Shown: positions 24,116-35,780, counted from the first letter of the stretch. The stretch is DNA of 55,429 nucleotides from Octopus bimaculoides (GCF_001194135.2 NC_069000.1:4490570-4545998); one strand, 5' to 3'. The notes: generated by a model from the letters alone, not told the origin. Made by a program: numbers and translations.

Positions 24116-24189
24116 GCGTTACCGTCTTAACAAACTACGGCAACACCTTCTATACCGTATTAAGCCTAGCTTAATATACAAGACGTAAC

Positions 24190-24260
24190 GATGATAACGG
24201 CTGGCATGCCTTTGATCGTGCAGAGCTGACCTAGGGCTAAACACAACCACCACCAACAAC
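24190..24260 (+). mobile_element. 3' end of the (CAA)n-tailed retroposon
   Basis: acggctggcatgcctttgatcg...gagctgacctagggctaaacacaac followed by CAA/CAG repeats. Confidence 0.55.
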
Positions 24261-24334
24261 AACATCAGCAGCAGCACTAGCAGCATTATTAACAACAGCA
24301 ACAATATTTGACTCATCGTTTATTGGGATAACCT

Positions 24335-25295
24335 TCACTGCTGAACACCCCCTCCCTTCTAACTCCACTCTTTCCGCTACGCTCTCCTTTTCTCCTTGTC
24401 CAAATTCTATGTTTCTCTCCAATTTCTTTTTCATATTTACTCTTCATTCCTCTGGCTCTCTCTCAAATTCTTTCTCTTTCTCTCTTTCATGTTCTCCGCA
24501 GTCTTTTCTCTCCCTTTAGATCGTTCCTTGTCGCTCATTCTCTTTCTTTCTCTCTTTTATTCGTTAAGTTTCTTTCTCTGTGTGACACTCTCTTTCGCTC
24601 TTCTTATTCGCAACCGTTATTCTCTCATATTTCTTTGTTTCTCATTTACTCTACTCTACTCACTCACTCAATCTCTCACTCACTAATTCCCTTCCTCTCT
24701 CACTCACTAATTCCCTTCCTCTCTCACTCACTCACTCATTCACTCTCTCACTTTCACTATTACACTTTCACTTTCACTATTACACTTTCACTTTCGCGAC
24801 CTCCCCCTCTCTCTGCTTGTCATTAGCCTTTCCTCTTTCTCTCTCCATCCTGACTGCATTTCCTTCTCCTGTCTCCCCTCCTACTTCTTCCACCCGCTCT
24901 AATCTTTCTCTCTTCCTCTCGCTTATACTCCTTCTTATTTATCTCTCTCTCCTTTCTCCTCCTTCCCACTACCTTCCTCTCACTTATTCTCTCTCTTTCT
25001 ATTCCTCTCCTTTTCTCTCCGTTTCTATTTCTCTCTATCTTCCTCTCACCCACCCTCACATTCTCATTTTCTTACCATCTTTCACTCTCTCCCCCCTTCT
25101 CTCTCTCTCGCATTTCCTCTCACCTTTTCTTTTCTCCTCTGTCCGTTCCGTTCGGTCCTCGCCTCTTCTCTTTCCTGCTCTCCTCAATTTCTCCCCTTCC
25201 TCTTCTTTACTCTCCATTTCCCCCTCTCCCCCTCTCCCCACCGCAACCCTTACTCCCCCACTGACACAATCTTTACTGTAATCTCTCCTTCTTAG
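24335..25295. repeat. ~960-bp polypyrimidine/polypurine low-complexity tract
   Basis: Strongly C/T-biased plus strand with short internal direct repeats (ctcactcactaattcccttcctct twice). Confidence 0.9.
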
Positions 25296-25446
25296 TTATT
25301 GATTTTCCCGTGAATTCCATCGATCGGCAAATGAGATTTATTATTCAACACTGAATTATTTACCAATATCGTCCTCTAAAGTCAAATTGTCGGAGCCTGC
25401 CGGCCAGCAAACCTACCTGCTTGCCATTATTCAACTGTTACTAAAT

Positions 25447-25768
25447 ATCATCATCATCATCGTCGTCGTCATCATCATCATCACCATCATCATCTTCGAC
25501 ATCATACTCCTCATCACGTTTATCATCGTCGTCGTCGTTGTTGTCGTCATCATCATCGTCATCATCATCATCTCACCATCACCATCACCATCATCATCAT
25601 CATCGTCATCGTCATCATCATCATCGTCATCATCATCATCATCATCATCTTCATCATTATCATCATCATCATCATCATCAACTTCGTCATCCCCCTTCCC
25701 CTCCTCCTCCACCTCCTCCGCCTCCTCCTCCTCCTCCTCCTCCTCATCATCTTCGTCATCATCTTCGT
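25447..25768. repeat. (CAT)/(CGT)/(CCT) triplet array
   Basis: Direct reading; source of the poly-S/H/D/M ORFs. Confidence 0.95.
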
Positions 25769-25779
25769 GGATAATCAGC

Positions 25780-26170
25780 TCGCTAGAAACTGCAGCCTAA
25801 TCGCCCTCAGATCAACCAGTCATAATCTTCACAAAGATTGGACACATTATAAAACGCCCCCCCCCCCGTATAGACTATACTGAAAGCATCAAAAATCATT
25901 GATGCAGTAAAAAGGACACATTATAGACTGTATTCCTTGATAGACCGTGACTGCAAACAACTACAGGCTACAACTAAATGGCCGCCAAATGAAATCGTAT
26001 TAAGTTAATAGAAAGAGAGGGTGCATGAAACAATGTACACTCAGATAGACCTAGCCTGGGAACCAGAAAATATATTTCAGGTGGAAAGTGATAATGATAA
26101 GTTTGGTTGTTTGACCAGAATTGTCCAAGGGTTAAACAACAACAACAGCAACAACAACAACAAATACAAT
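25780..26170 (+). mobile_element. Degenerate copy or copies of the (CAA)n-tailed retroposon
   Basis: Ends ttgaccagaattgtccaagggttaaac(aac)n, like 39195-39210; ggacacattat occurs twice upstream. Boundaries uncertain. Confidence 0.35.
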
Positions 26171-26304
26171 AACAAAAAGGATACACTCTTCCTCTGGCAA
26201 TTTTTACCGCCATTACAGGCATTTGTTATTGGTTGGTTTCGCAACGACGATGTCCAGAGCCTCCGATCCGTAATGGCTACCCATTGCTTTGATTCTTTGA
26301 TTCT

Positions 26305-26515
26305 TTGATTCTTTTATTTGTTTCAGTCATTTGACTGCGGCCATGCTGGAGCACCGACTTCTAGTCGAACAAATCGACCCCCAGGATCTATTTTTTGTAA
26401 GGCCAAGTGCTTATTCCATCGGCCACTTTTGCCGAACCGTTATGTTACGGAAACGTAAACACACCAACATTATCAGTTGTCAAGCGATGGTGGGGGGACA
26501 GACACGAACACACAA
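26305..26515 (-). mobile_element. SINE-B 3' half
   Basis: tttgtttcagtcatttgactgcggccatgctggagcaccg...gtaaacacaccaac...gttgtcaagcgatggtgggggg. Confidence 0.9.
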
Positions 26516-26528
26516 ACATATACAGACA

Positions 26529-26787
26529 GGGCGGCGAGCTGGCAGAAACGTTAGCACGCGGGGCGAAATGCATAGCGGTATTTCGTCTTCCGTTACGTCC
26601 TGAGTTCAAATTCCGCCGAGGTCTATACACGTATGTGTGCATATGTTTGTTATTTCTTTATTGCCCACAAGGGGCTAAACATAGAGGGGACAAACAAGGA
26701 CAGACAAAGGGATTAAGTCGATTACATCGACCCCAGTGCGTAACTGGTACTTAATTTATCGACCTCGAAAGGATGAAAGACAAAGTC
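26529..26787. mobile_element. SINE-A split by an inversion (5' half plus, 3' half minus; tail type A)
   Basis: The plus head 26529-26623 ends ...gaggtc; the minus 3' half 26650-26787 begins gactttg...; joined they rebuild the 33555-33790 copy. Confidence 0.85.
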
Positions 26788-27199
26788 GGGAAACCGTACA
26801 GGAAGTTAGATTTCCACAATTAATTCAAAATAATTCTAAAATGCCTACCAAAATATAACTAAAGAGTTAATTTCATGAAATATTCTTTTAAAAATTTAAG
26901 TGACTTTTGCGCTACCCTTTACACAGAAAATGCCACGTTCATAGCATTAATTGAGACTTCTTCCAAGGATACAAATTGGGATTCAGGAGAAGGATAATAA
27001 AGGGATAGTTTATTACTTGAATGTCAAACCTTGCCAGCGATTTCGTTTTATTGATCACGGAATGATAAAAGGAAAAAGATGAACGGAAATTGAACAGAAA
27101 ACATAAATCGGTGCAGCTCTTTTTGTCCAAAACAAGATGTTTGTGGAATTCTAAAGTTCTTTTCTACAATAAACACAACGACGGAAGTTTGGTCGGAAG

Positions 27200-27372
27200 G
27201 GAATGAGTCGATTACATCGACCCCAGTATTCAACTGGTACTTATTTTATCGATCTCGAAGGGGTGAATGTCAAAGTTGACCTAGGTGGAATTCGAACCCA
27301 GAATGTAAGAACGAGCTAAATACCGCTGAGCAGTTTGTCCAGCGCACTAACGAATCCGCCAGCTCACTGCCT
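27200..27372 (-). mobile_element. SINE-A head and body
   Basis: gtcgattacatcgaccccagt...actggtacttattttatcga...gaattcgaacccagaa...actaacgaatccgccagctcactgcc. Confidence 0.85.
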
Positions 27373-27384
27373 AATTAAGTTGTA

Positions 27385-27540
27385 TTATTGGTTTCAAATT
27401 TTGGCACAAGGCCTGCAATTTCGGGAGAGGGTGGGTGGGAAAACTTGATTACATTGACCAACACCCCCCACCCCAGTGGTCAACTGGTACTTATAAAGAC
27501 CAACGAAAGACTGCTAATGACGCTGTCACCTCCCCGCTTG
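27385..27540 (-). mobile_element. SINE-A with internal deletions, flanked by an 11-bp direct repeat
   Basis: Tail B at 27389-27430, remnant head ctgctaatgacgctgtcacctccccgc; attaagttgta at 27374-27384 and 27541-27551. Confidence 0.7.
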
Positions 27541-27571
27541 ATTAAGTTGTAATGTAATATTAAAATCAAAA

Positions 27572-27730
27572 GGTTCTGAGTTTAAATTCTGCCGAGGTCG
27601 ACTTTGTCTTTCATCCTTTCGGGGGTCGATAAAATAGGTACCAGCTGCGTTCTTGACACGACGTAAACGATTTACATTTCCTCACCCACCGAAATTGTTG
27701 GCCTCGTGCCAAACTTTGAAATCACTACTA
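27572..27730 (+). mobile_element. SINE-A, 5'-truncated (tail type B)
   Basis: gttctgagtttaaattctgccgaggtcgactttgtctttcatcctttcg...gaaattgttggcctcgtgccaaactttgaaatc. Confidence 0.85.
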
Positions 27731-27786
27731 CTTAACACTAGGATCTCTTAAGAGACAACTGGACATCTTAACTTTATGACGACTGC

Positions 27787-27818
<32 letters not shown>

Positions 27819-27944
27819 CCACAATCACAACTATTAAAACTGGCAGCACCAACAGGCAGCGGATGTGCGGTGAATAAACTCTGGCCCGTGTCGTGTCTAA
27901 AACAGGCCACAAAACTCTTTTGTACTATCAGCAATTACAATAAC

Positions 27945-28266
27945 ACCGCCACCACCACTACCACTACCACTACCACTACCACTACCACCACCGCCACCAC
28001 CGCCGCCACCACCACCAACGTCACCCAGTATCATCACCACCATCACCATTATCACCCTCATTATCACCAGTGCTATTTAGGCCATAATCATCAACATTTC
28101 CGCCACCATTCAAGGCTATCTCTACCAGCATCACCAACCACCACTACACCACCGCCAAACTGCCCCTCGCCCCCGCCCATCACTTGCCACTTCTACAACC
28201 AACGCCACCAGCGACAGCAGCATCAACACCAATACCAACACCAGCACTAGTACCAGTCTCACAGCC

Positions 28267-28298
<32 letters not shown>

Positions 28299-28870
28299 CA
28301 CCACCACCACCACAAATAGCATGACCGCCATCAGCGTTTGTAGCATTACCATAGTTAGCAGTACCACCATCACCATACTACCACCAACACCATTATCATC
28401 ACAATGAACATCATCATTGAAACCAGGGCTACCTTATGCCNNNNNNNNNNNNNNNNNNNNNNNNNNNNNNNNNNNNNNNNNNNNNNNNNNNNNNNNNNNN
28501 NNNNNNNNNNNNNNNNNNNNNNNNNNNNNNNNNNNNNNNNNNNNNNNNNNNNNNNNNNNNNNNNNNNNNNNNNNNNNNNNNNNNNNNNNNNNNNNNNNNN
28601 NNNNNNNNNNNNNNNNNNNNNNNNNNNNNNNNNNNNNNNNNNNNNNNNNNNNNNNNNNNNNNNNNNNNNNNNNNNNNNNNNNNNNNNNNNNNNNNCCAGC
28701 ACCACCAGCACCAGCACCACCACCAGCACCTCTACCAATATCATCACCAGCACCGCTACTCCACCACTAGAACCAGTACCAACTTATATAACAATACTAA
28801 CACCCCACCCCTCACGACCAATGCCGCCATCCCCTCCTCCACAGCCGCCACCAATACCGGACCATATCAT
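27945..28870. repeat. Degenerate (CAC)/(CAT)/(GAC)/(CAG) triplet region spanning a gap
   Basis: Direct reading. Confidence 0.85.
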
Positions 28871-29149
28871 CAATTATTGATCGCGTGATTCCCCAAATAT
28901 TCCCGCCAAATGAAAAAAATAGATAAATAAAAAAAAGATAGAAGAGGAAAAAAAAGAAAAAAAGAAATTCAAGACGAAGGAGGAGGGAGTGCAAGAGGAG
29001 AAGTGGGAGTAGGTGGCAAGTGAAGGGCGGAGGGGGAAGGTGTGCGTAGAACAAACAAATAAATAAGTAAATCAATGGAATATAACTAAATCAAGCGAAC
29101 AGTGTTCAATGGAAGGTTGCTATGGTTACGTATCTGATTGGGTTACACA

Positions 29150-29201
29150 GCAAAGATCGATATTGTGAAGAACGATAAACACGGCGGTGGCTGTGATTGT
29201 A

Positions 29202-29255
<54 letters not shown>

Positions 29256-29405
29256 CCTGTGGGTATGAATATACGTCTATGTGTGTGTATGTGTGTCTGT
29301 GTTTATATGCATATGTGCGTGTGTTTGTGTGTGTCAATGTGTGTGTCCAGTGTGTGTGTGTGTGTTTGTGTGTACGTGTGCGTTTGTGTATACGTGTGTC
29401 TGTGT

Positions 29406-29445
<40 letters not shown>

Positions 29446-29905
29446 ATGTGTGCTTGTAAGAGCGTGTGTGTGTACGTGTGTAACGGTATGTTTGCGTTTG
29501 TGCGTATATATGTGTTTGTGCGTATATGTATGTGTTTGCGTGTCTATGTGTGTGTGTTTGTGTGTACGTGTTCGCTTGTGTATCCGTGTGTCTGGGTGTG
29601 TATATATATATGTGTGTGTGTGTATGTGTGCTTGTAAGAGCGTGTGTGCGCATGTGTGTAACATTATGCGTGTGTTTGTGCGTACATATGTGTGTTTGTG
29701 TGTATATGTATGTGTTTGTGTGCGTAAATATATGTGTATCTGTGAGAGTGTATTTATGTGTGTGTATGTGTGCGCTTGTATGCAGCTATATCGCTGCGTG
29801 TATATATGAGCTTGTATGTCGATTAATCTGTGTGTATATCTACGTGTGTGTATCTGTGTGTATAAGTACGCATCCCTGTGTGTCTGTGCGTCTCTTTATG
29901 TGTAT
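29150..29905. repeat. (TG)-rich array with a ~178-bp duplication
   Basis: cttgtaagagcgtgtgtg at 29453 and 29631, with colinear flanks. Confidence 0.85.
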
Positions 29906-29960
29906 CTGAGTGACTGTGTGTGGATGTGTATATACGCGAATCTACGGATGTATATATCGT

Positions 29961-30013
29961 GGCACTCCGTCAGTTAAGACGAGGGTTCCAGTTGATCTGA
30001 TCAACGGAACAGC
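29961..30013 (-). mobile_element. SINE-C extreme 3' end
   Basis: ggcactccgtcagttaagacgagggttccagttgatctgatcaacggaacagc matches 935-990 and the reverse complement of 30887-30908. Confidence 0.75.
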
Positions 30014-30078
30014 ATATATATATATGTACGCACACAAATACACACATATAAACACACACAAACACACATACACACACA

Positions 30079-30121
<43 letters not shown>

Positions 30122-30299
30122 CTGCAGATACGTACACAGATATGTCTTACAATGGCCAACTCAACATTTCTGGAACTTCCTGGAGCTAATCAATATTGGA
30201 CAACTATTGGTTCCATTGGAGGAATCCTGGTTTTCGAATTTGTTGTTGTCGTTCTTCTTATTTAACCTGCGGTTAACAAACTCTGCGGAATCAGGTTTA

Positions 30300-30425
30300 T
30301 GATTAGAAACTTGCCAACTGCGTCCTGCTGCGAGGAACCTTAGGCAAGTATTTTGTGATATAGCCGCGAGTCGATCAAAGCCTTGTGAGTGGATTTCGTA
30401 GATGGAAAGTGAAAGAAAACTGTCG
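30300..30425 (+). mobile_element. SINE-B 5' half, diverged
   Basis: ctgcgaggaaccttaggcaagta...caaagccttgtgagtggatttcgtagatggaaagtgaaagaa. Confidence 0.8.
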
Positions 30426-30435
30426 TGAATGTATG

Positions 30436-30481
<46 letters not shown>

Positions 30482-30526
30482 TGTATGTATGTATGTATGT
30501 ATGTATGTAGGTAGGTATGTATATAT

Positions 30527-30625
30527 GTCATTATTCAGTTTATTTCAAGATTTCTTGCTAATAGAGAAAGAACCGGTTTCTAACCTAGATCCAAGGCTCC
30601 TTCATTGGAGTTTCAACAACAATAA
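30527..30625 (-). mobile_element. R4/Dong-like lineage T 3' UTR (copy e)
   Basis: Reverse complement of the 8580-8676 sequence; its 3' end abuts a long (TACA)n array (30429-30526, read as TATG on plus). Confidence 0.75.
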
Positions 30626-30908
30626 CTCGCTGTCATAGGATCGTAGTTTCGATTCCCTGATTAGGCGTTGTGAGAGTTTATTGAGCAAAAATACTTAAAG
30701 CCCCACGAGGCGCCGGCAGTGGGTGGTGGCGAACCCTGCTGTACTCTTTCGCCACAACTTTCTCTCACTCTTTCTTCCTGTTTCTGTTGTACCTGTATTT
30801 CAAGGGGCCGGCCTTGTCACAATCTGCGTCACGCCGAATCTCCCCGAGAACTACGGTAAGAGTACACGTGTCCGTGGAATGCTCAGATCAAATGGAACCC
30901 TCGTCGTT
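30622..30908 (+). mobile_element. SINE-C body with a 44-nt internal deletion
   Basis: actcgctgtcataggatcgtagtttcgattccc (continues the 9067 head; B box)...gtacacgtgtccgtggaatgctcag|atcaaatggaaccctcgtcg; the segment missing at the bar is present in the 960-1015 copy. Confidence 0.8.
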
Positions 30909-31051
30909 AGGAAGGGCATCCGGCTGTAGAAACTCTGCCAGATCAGATTGGAGCCTGGCGCAGCCATCTGGCTCGCCTGTACTCAGTCAAACCGTCCGAC
31001 CCATGCCAGCATGGCAAGCGGGCGTTAAATGATAATGATGATGATGATGAT
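30905..31051 (+). mobile_element. 3' part of another retroposon with a (GAT)n tail
   Basis: aggaagggcatccggctgtagaaac...ccatgccagcatggcaagcgggcgttaaat(gat)n; single copy in the window, so the family call rests on tail structure and recall. Confidence 0.6.
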
Positions 31052-31274
31052 GTATATATATATTATTCTTCGCTTTGTATCTGGTTTGCAAGACTCTATA
31101 GTGTGTATGTTGCCGTGCATGTTTGCGTGTCTATTCGGACGAAACAAAACGTAAGTTGTAGGTNNNNNNNNNNAAGTTCAAATTCCTATATACTGAATTT
31201 ATTTGAGCGGCCTCTAATCTTATCAATCGTTAGATTAAAGATACAGAATAATTCCTACGGTTAACCACGTTACA

Positions 31275-31342
<68 letters not shown>

Positions 31343-31654
31343 GATTATTATTATTATTACTGTGGTTTCGTTATATAGAAACAACATGTAGATATTACAA
31401 CTAAAAAAATATTACAGTCAGAACTAAGAATATATATTATAATTTACTTTTCCAAAAGACGGAATTGGATTCATATTTTGTTTGTAATATGTTTTCATAT
31501 TTCGATATGTTTTGGTAAATCGTTTACATTGGGAAATTTATCAAGTATTTATGAGAAAGATAAGAAAAAAATGATTATTCTTTGGTGAATACACGAGTAT
31601 TATGTGTTGTTGAGAATTATCAAAACTATACATGTAAATATTAGAAATTTTAAA

Positions 31655-31726
<72 letters not shown>

Positions 31727-32404
31727 NNNNNNNNNNNNNNNNNNNNNNNNNNNNNNNNNNNNNNNNNNNNNNNNNNNNNNNNNNNNNNNNNNNNNNNNNN
31801 NNNNNNNNNNNNNNNNNNNNNNNNNNNNNNNNNNNNNNNNNNNNNNNNNNNNNNNNNNNNNNNNNNNNNNNNNNNNNNNNNNNNNNNNNNNNNNNNNNNN
31901 NNNNNNNNNNNNNNNNNNNNNNNNNNNNNNNNNNNNNNNNNNNNNNNNNNNNNNNNNNNNNNNNNNNNNNNNNNNNNNNNNNNNNNNNNNNNNNNNNNNN
32001 NNNNNNNNNNNNNNNNNNNNNNNNNNNNNNNNNNNNNNNNNNNNNNNNNNNNNNNNNNNNNNNNNNNNNNNNNNNNNNNNNNNNNNNNNNNNNNNNNNNN
32101 NNNNNNNNNNNNNNNNNNNNNNNNNNNNNNNNNNNNNNNNNNNNNNNNNNNNNNNNNNNNNNNNNNNNNNNNNNNNNNNNNNNNNNNNNNNNNNNNNNNN
32201 NNNNNNNNNNNNNNNNNNNNNNNNNNNNNNNNNNNNNNNNNNNNNNNNNNNNNNNNNNNNNNNNNNNNNNNNNNNNNNNNNNNNNNNNNNNNNNNNNNNN
32301 NNNNNNNNNNNNNNNNNNNNNNNNNNNNNNNNNNNNNNTATATATATATATATACATATATATATGTATTTATGTATCTATATATATATCAATATCTATA
32401 TCTA

Positions 32405-32447
<43 letters not shown>

Positions 32448-32568
32448 GTATATAGCCTTTAAGTTCGTTTACGGGAGACGTTTTCGAGTACTCGTTAAAA
32501 ATCTATTTTATTATGTGGTTACTGCCTAACGATACCAACTTGTTGCAACAGTTTTACGGGGTCTTACA

Positions 32569-32644
<76 letters not shown>

Positions 32645-33554
32645 TACACACACGTATGTGTGTGAGTGTATGTGTTTGTGTGTATGTGTGTCTGTATATA
32701 TATATAATATATAAACATTGGCTTTCTCATATTTTTAAATATTTCAATTTATACACCAGCGGTATCCCACTCATCTATTGATATTGGGGATAATAAAGTC
32801 ATACGACAAAGGATTACAGGAATAGCAGAAGAACGACAGAATAGCTAAATAAAAATGAAGAAATGAATACCGAAAGGAAAGTAGGACGAAATCTTATGGA
32901 AGGAAGTATTCTATATAAACACATAATAGTAGTTGCAGTAGTAGCAGTAGCAGCAGTAGTAGTAGTAGTAATAACAATAATGATAATAATAATAATAGTA
33001 ATTGTATGATTGGCATGAATGCTATAATAGCAACAGAGTATAAATAAACGGAAGAGCGGAAGCCAGGAGGGAAAGCAATCCAGAAAAGTACGTGACAGAT
33101 ACGTGTAAGGGAGACCGTGTGTAATATCCGGAGAAAGATCTCCGGAATGCAAGCAATGGCGTCACAATGTAGATCATGTTAGGCATGGTGTGTATCTGAA
33201 TAAGTATTTCTATGTTGGATATGGACAGACTAAATTGATTAATGTTGTTTAAAGGTTTCGCTAGTTGTAGCCGAGTTTCTTTGCGTTGGCTTCACAGTTT
33301 AGAGGATGAGAGCAACAGAGGGAAATATTACTATCTGAACAACGAACAACGTCACAATATCCTCAATGTCTGTCTCTCTCTCTCTATATATATATATTTA
33401 AGTAGATATCTACCAATCTATATATCAGTCTGTCTGGCTGTCTGGCTGTCTGCCTGTATATCTGCCTGTATGTCAGTCTGTCTATCTATCTATCTATCTA
33501 TCTATCTATAATTATTATGATTCCTGAACTTTGATTTTCATACCTATATATATG

Positions 33555-33790
33555 TACTTCTTTATTGCCCACAAGGGGCTAAACATAGAGGGGACAGACA
33601 AGGACAGACAAAGGGATTAAGTCGATCGATTACATCGACCCCTGTGCGTAACTGGTACTTAATTTATCGACCCCGAAAGGATGAAAGGCAAAGTCGACCT
33701 CGGCGGAATTTGAACTCAGAACGTAACGGCAGACGAAATACCGCTGAGCATTTCGCCTAGCTTGCTAACGTTTCTGCCAGCTCACCGCCT
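33555..33790 (-). mobile_element. SINE-A full length (tail type A), best-preserved copy
   Basis: Minus strand: ggcggtgagctggcagaaacgttagc...gagttcaaattccgccgaggtcgactttgcctttcatcctttcggggtcgataaattaagtaccag...ccccttgtgggcaataaagaa. Confidence 0.92.
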
Positions 33791-34482
33791 TGCAATGAGA
33801 TATAAAATTCTATCGAGGAGAGGGCAGTAAAATCATTAACACAACCTACAAATTTTACAGACTGCACGGACACAGGAATACTGACGCAGTAAATTGCAGT
33901 TGATATCAGGACCCAAATAAGAATGGAACGGCACTGCATATGGTTATCTCTGAAATTATAAGACCCTCGTAATAAATAGCGAAAAAGTATGTTCTATGTA
34001 TCTTATTTATTCCTTGATTTCAAAGTTAAACTTGCCAAATATTAATGAAGAAATGATTATCACCCTTGTACCAGTTGTTCGCCAGAGGACTCCACGTACT
34101 TAATAAACATTGTAGCATTCTGCTATGATATGTTTCGTAGGAAGAAATTTTTTTTACTTATTTTATCGCCGGATAACGGTTGATTTATCGTTTGATGAAA
34201 TCGTTTCCTGTCAACAAGATATTTTCTTATAGCTATCATCAGATGGATATAAAAGAAAAAAAAAATCACTTAATATCACTCAGTTTAGTAATGTTAATTT
34301 CAATTTCCGGCTGCGCATGCCTGTAAATTACCATGTGATGCTTTTTTTTATGAGATTGATTAACTTCTGATTAACTCTCATTTAGGTTTATAAATTCTGG
34401 CATTTAAAATCTTTTTAAATATTTAAATAAATTATGCGACATACGTGTATGTGTTCATGATGACTGTTATTACTGTCATAAT

Positions 34483-34551
<69 letters not shown>

Positions 34552-34569
34552 TATTATTATTATTATGAA

Positions 34570-34731
34570 GGAGGCAACCTGGCAGAAACGTTAGCACGCC
34601 AAGCGAAATGCTTAGCGGTATTTCGTCTGTTTTTACGTTCTGAGTTCAAATTCCGCCGAAGTCGACTTTGCCTTTCATCCTTTCGGGGTTGATAAAGTAA
34701 GTACCAGTTGCATTCTGGGGTCGAACTAATC
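34570..34731 (+). mobile_element. SINE-A head and body, tail missing
   Basis: ctggcagaaacgttagcacgcc...gagttcaaattccgccgaagtcgactttgcc...ggggtcgaactaatc. Confidence 0.9.
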
Positions 34732-34990
34732 TACTGCGATTAAAGGATTTTTCTGTGGAGCCTGTTCTTGTCCATCCTGTGTACGTGACCCAACCAACGG
34801 AAATTTCTATCCATGAGGATTTTGATCACAGGAGGCAGGGCACCACGCCGTAAGGTCTCTCCATTCATGCTCTTGTCAAACAGAGTAATATTCATGATTC
34901 ATCATAACTGTCTCATCATATATGCATGTAGCATGTCTACTTGGGCCTTATAGACTCTCCAGGTTTCAGCTCCATACAGCTGACGAGTAT
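34732..34990 (-). mobile_element. RTE-clade LINE fragment (post-RT region)
   Basis: Minus-strand translation LYGAETWRVYKAQVDMLHAYMMRQL**IMNIT...RNFRWLGHVHRMDKNRLHRKIL; YGAETW and RWLGHVxRM are RTE signature motifs. Confidence 0.88.
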
Positions 34991-35124
34991 TCCAGTGGTA
35001 ATTCCAGTTAATATAGTAATCTTCTGTTTATTAATATTGTTAAAAACAACGGCCAGCAACGGCCAGAAAAGAAAGAGGAGGGAGCCTCTTCAAAGTCATC
35101 TGTCCATTGAAACATACATTAAGG

Positions 35125-35185
35125 GTTGCTCCAGCATGGCCACAGTGAAATGACTGAAACAAATAAAAGAATAAAAGAATAACAT
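35125..35185 (+). mobile_element. SINE-B 3' tail
   Basis: gctccagcatggccacagtgaaatgactgaaacaaataaaagaataaaagaat. Confidence 0.8.
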
Positions 35186-35485
35186 TTCTAAAGGATGTGG
35201 ATTTTGAAGCGAGTCTGGGACATTTGAAAGATTTGCGTCGTTGTTTTTATATCGTTAGTATAACGTTGCTTTGTTTCAACTCTCATCAAGCAGGTAGGGG
35301 AAGCGAAAATGTTATACTGTCTGCAATTTGATATTAGCTCTGTGTTTCTCTTTGTGTCTGACGTGAATTGATTTATGACATATTTCTCATTCAAAAATAT
35401 ACACGGCAGATTTTATTGAAGATCGCAGTATTGAGACTAGTGTTAAAGGAAAGCACAGAAATAATTCCCGTGACTCACACACGCA

Positions 35486-35559
<74 letters not shown>

Positions 35560-35731
35560 NNNNNNNNNNNNNNNNNNNNNNNNNNNNNNNNNNNNNNNNN
35601 NNNNNNNNNNNNNNNNNNNNNNNNNNNNNNNNNNNNNNNNNNNNNNNNNNNNNNNNNNNNNNNNNNNNNNNNNNNNNNNNNNNNNNNNNNNNNNNNNNNN
35701 NNNNNNNNNNNNNNNNNNNNNNNNNNNNNNN

Positions 35732-35780
<49 letters not shown>

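Noticed and set aside
30150-30300. Open frames on both strands in unique sequence (e.g. NHKPDSAEFVNRRLNKK on minus)
   Set aside because: The frame starts inside a SINE-B head; no splice signals or homology recognised.
33127-33146. 8-bp hairpin tccggaga-aaga-tctccgga
   Set aside because: Short enough to occur by chance; no supporting context.
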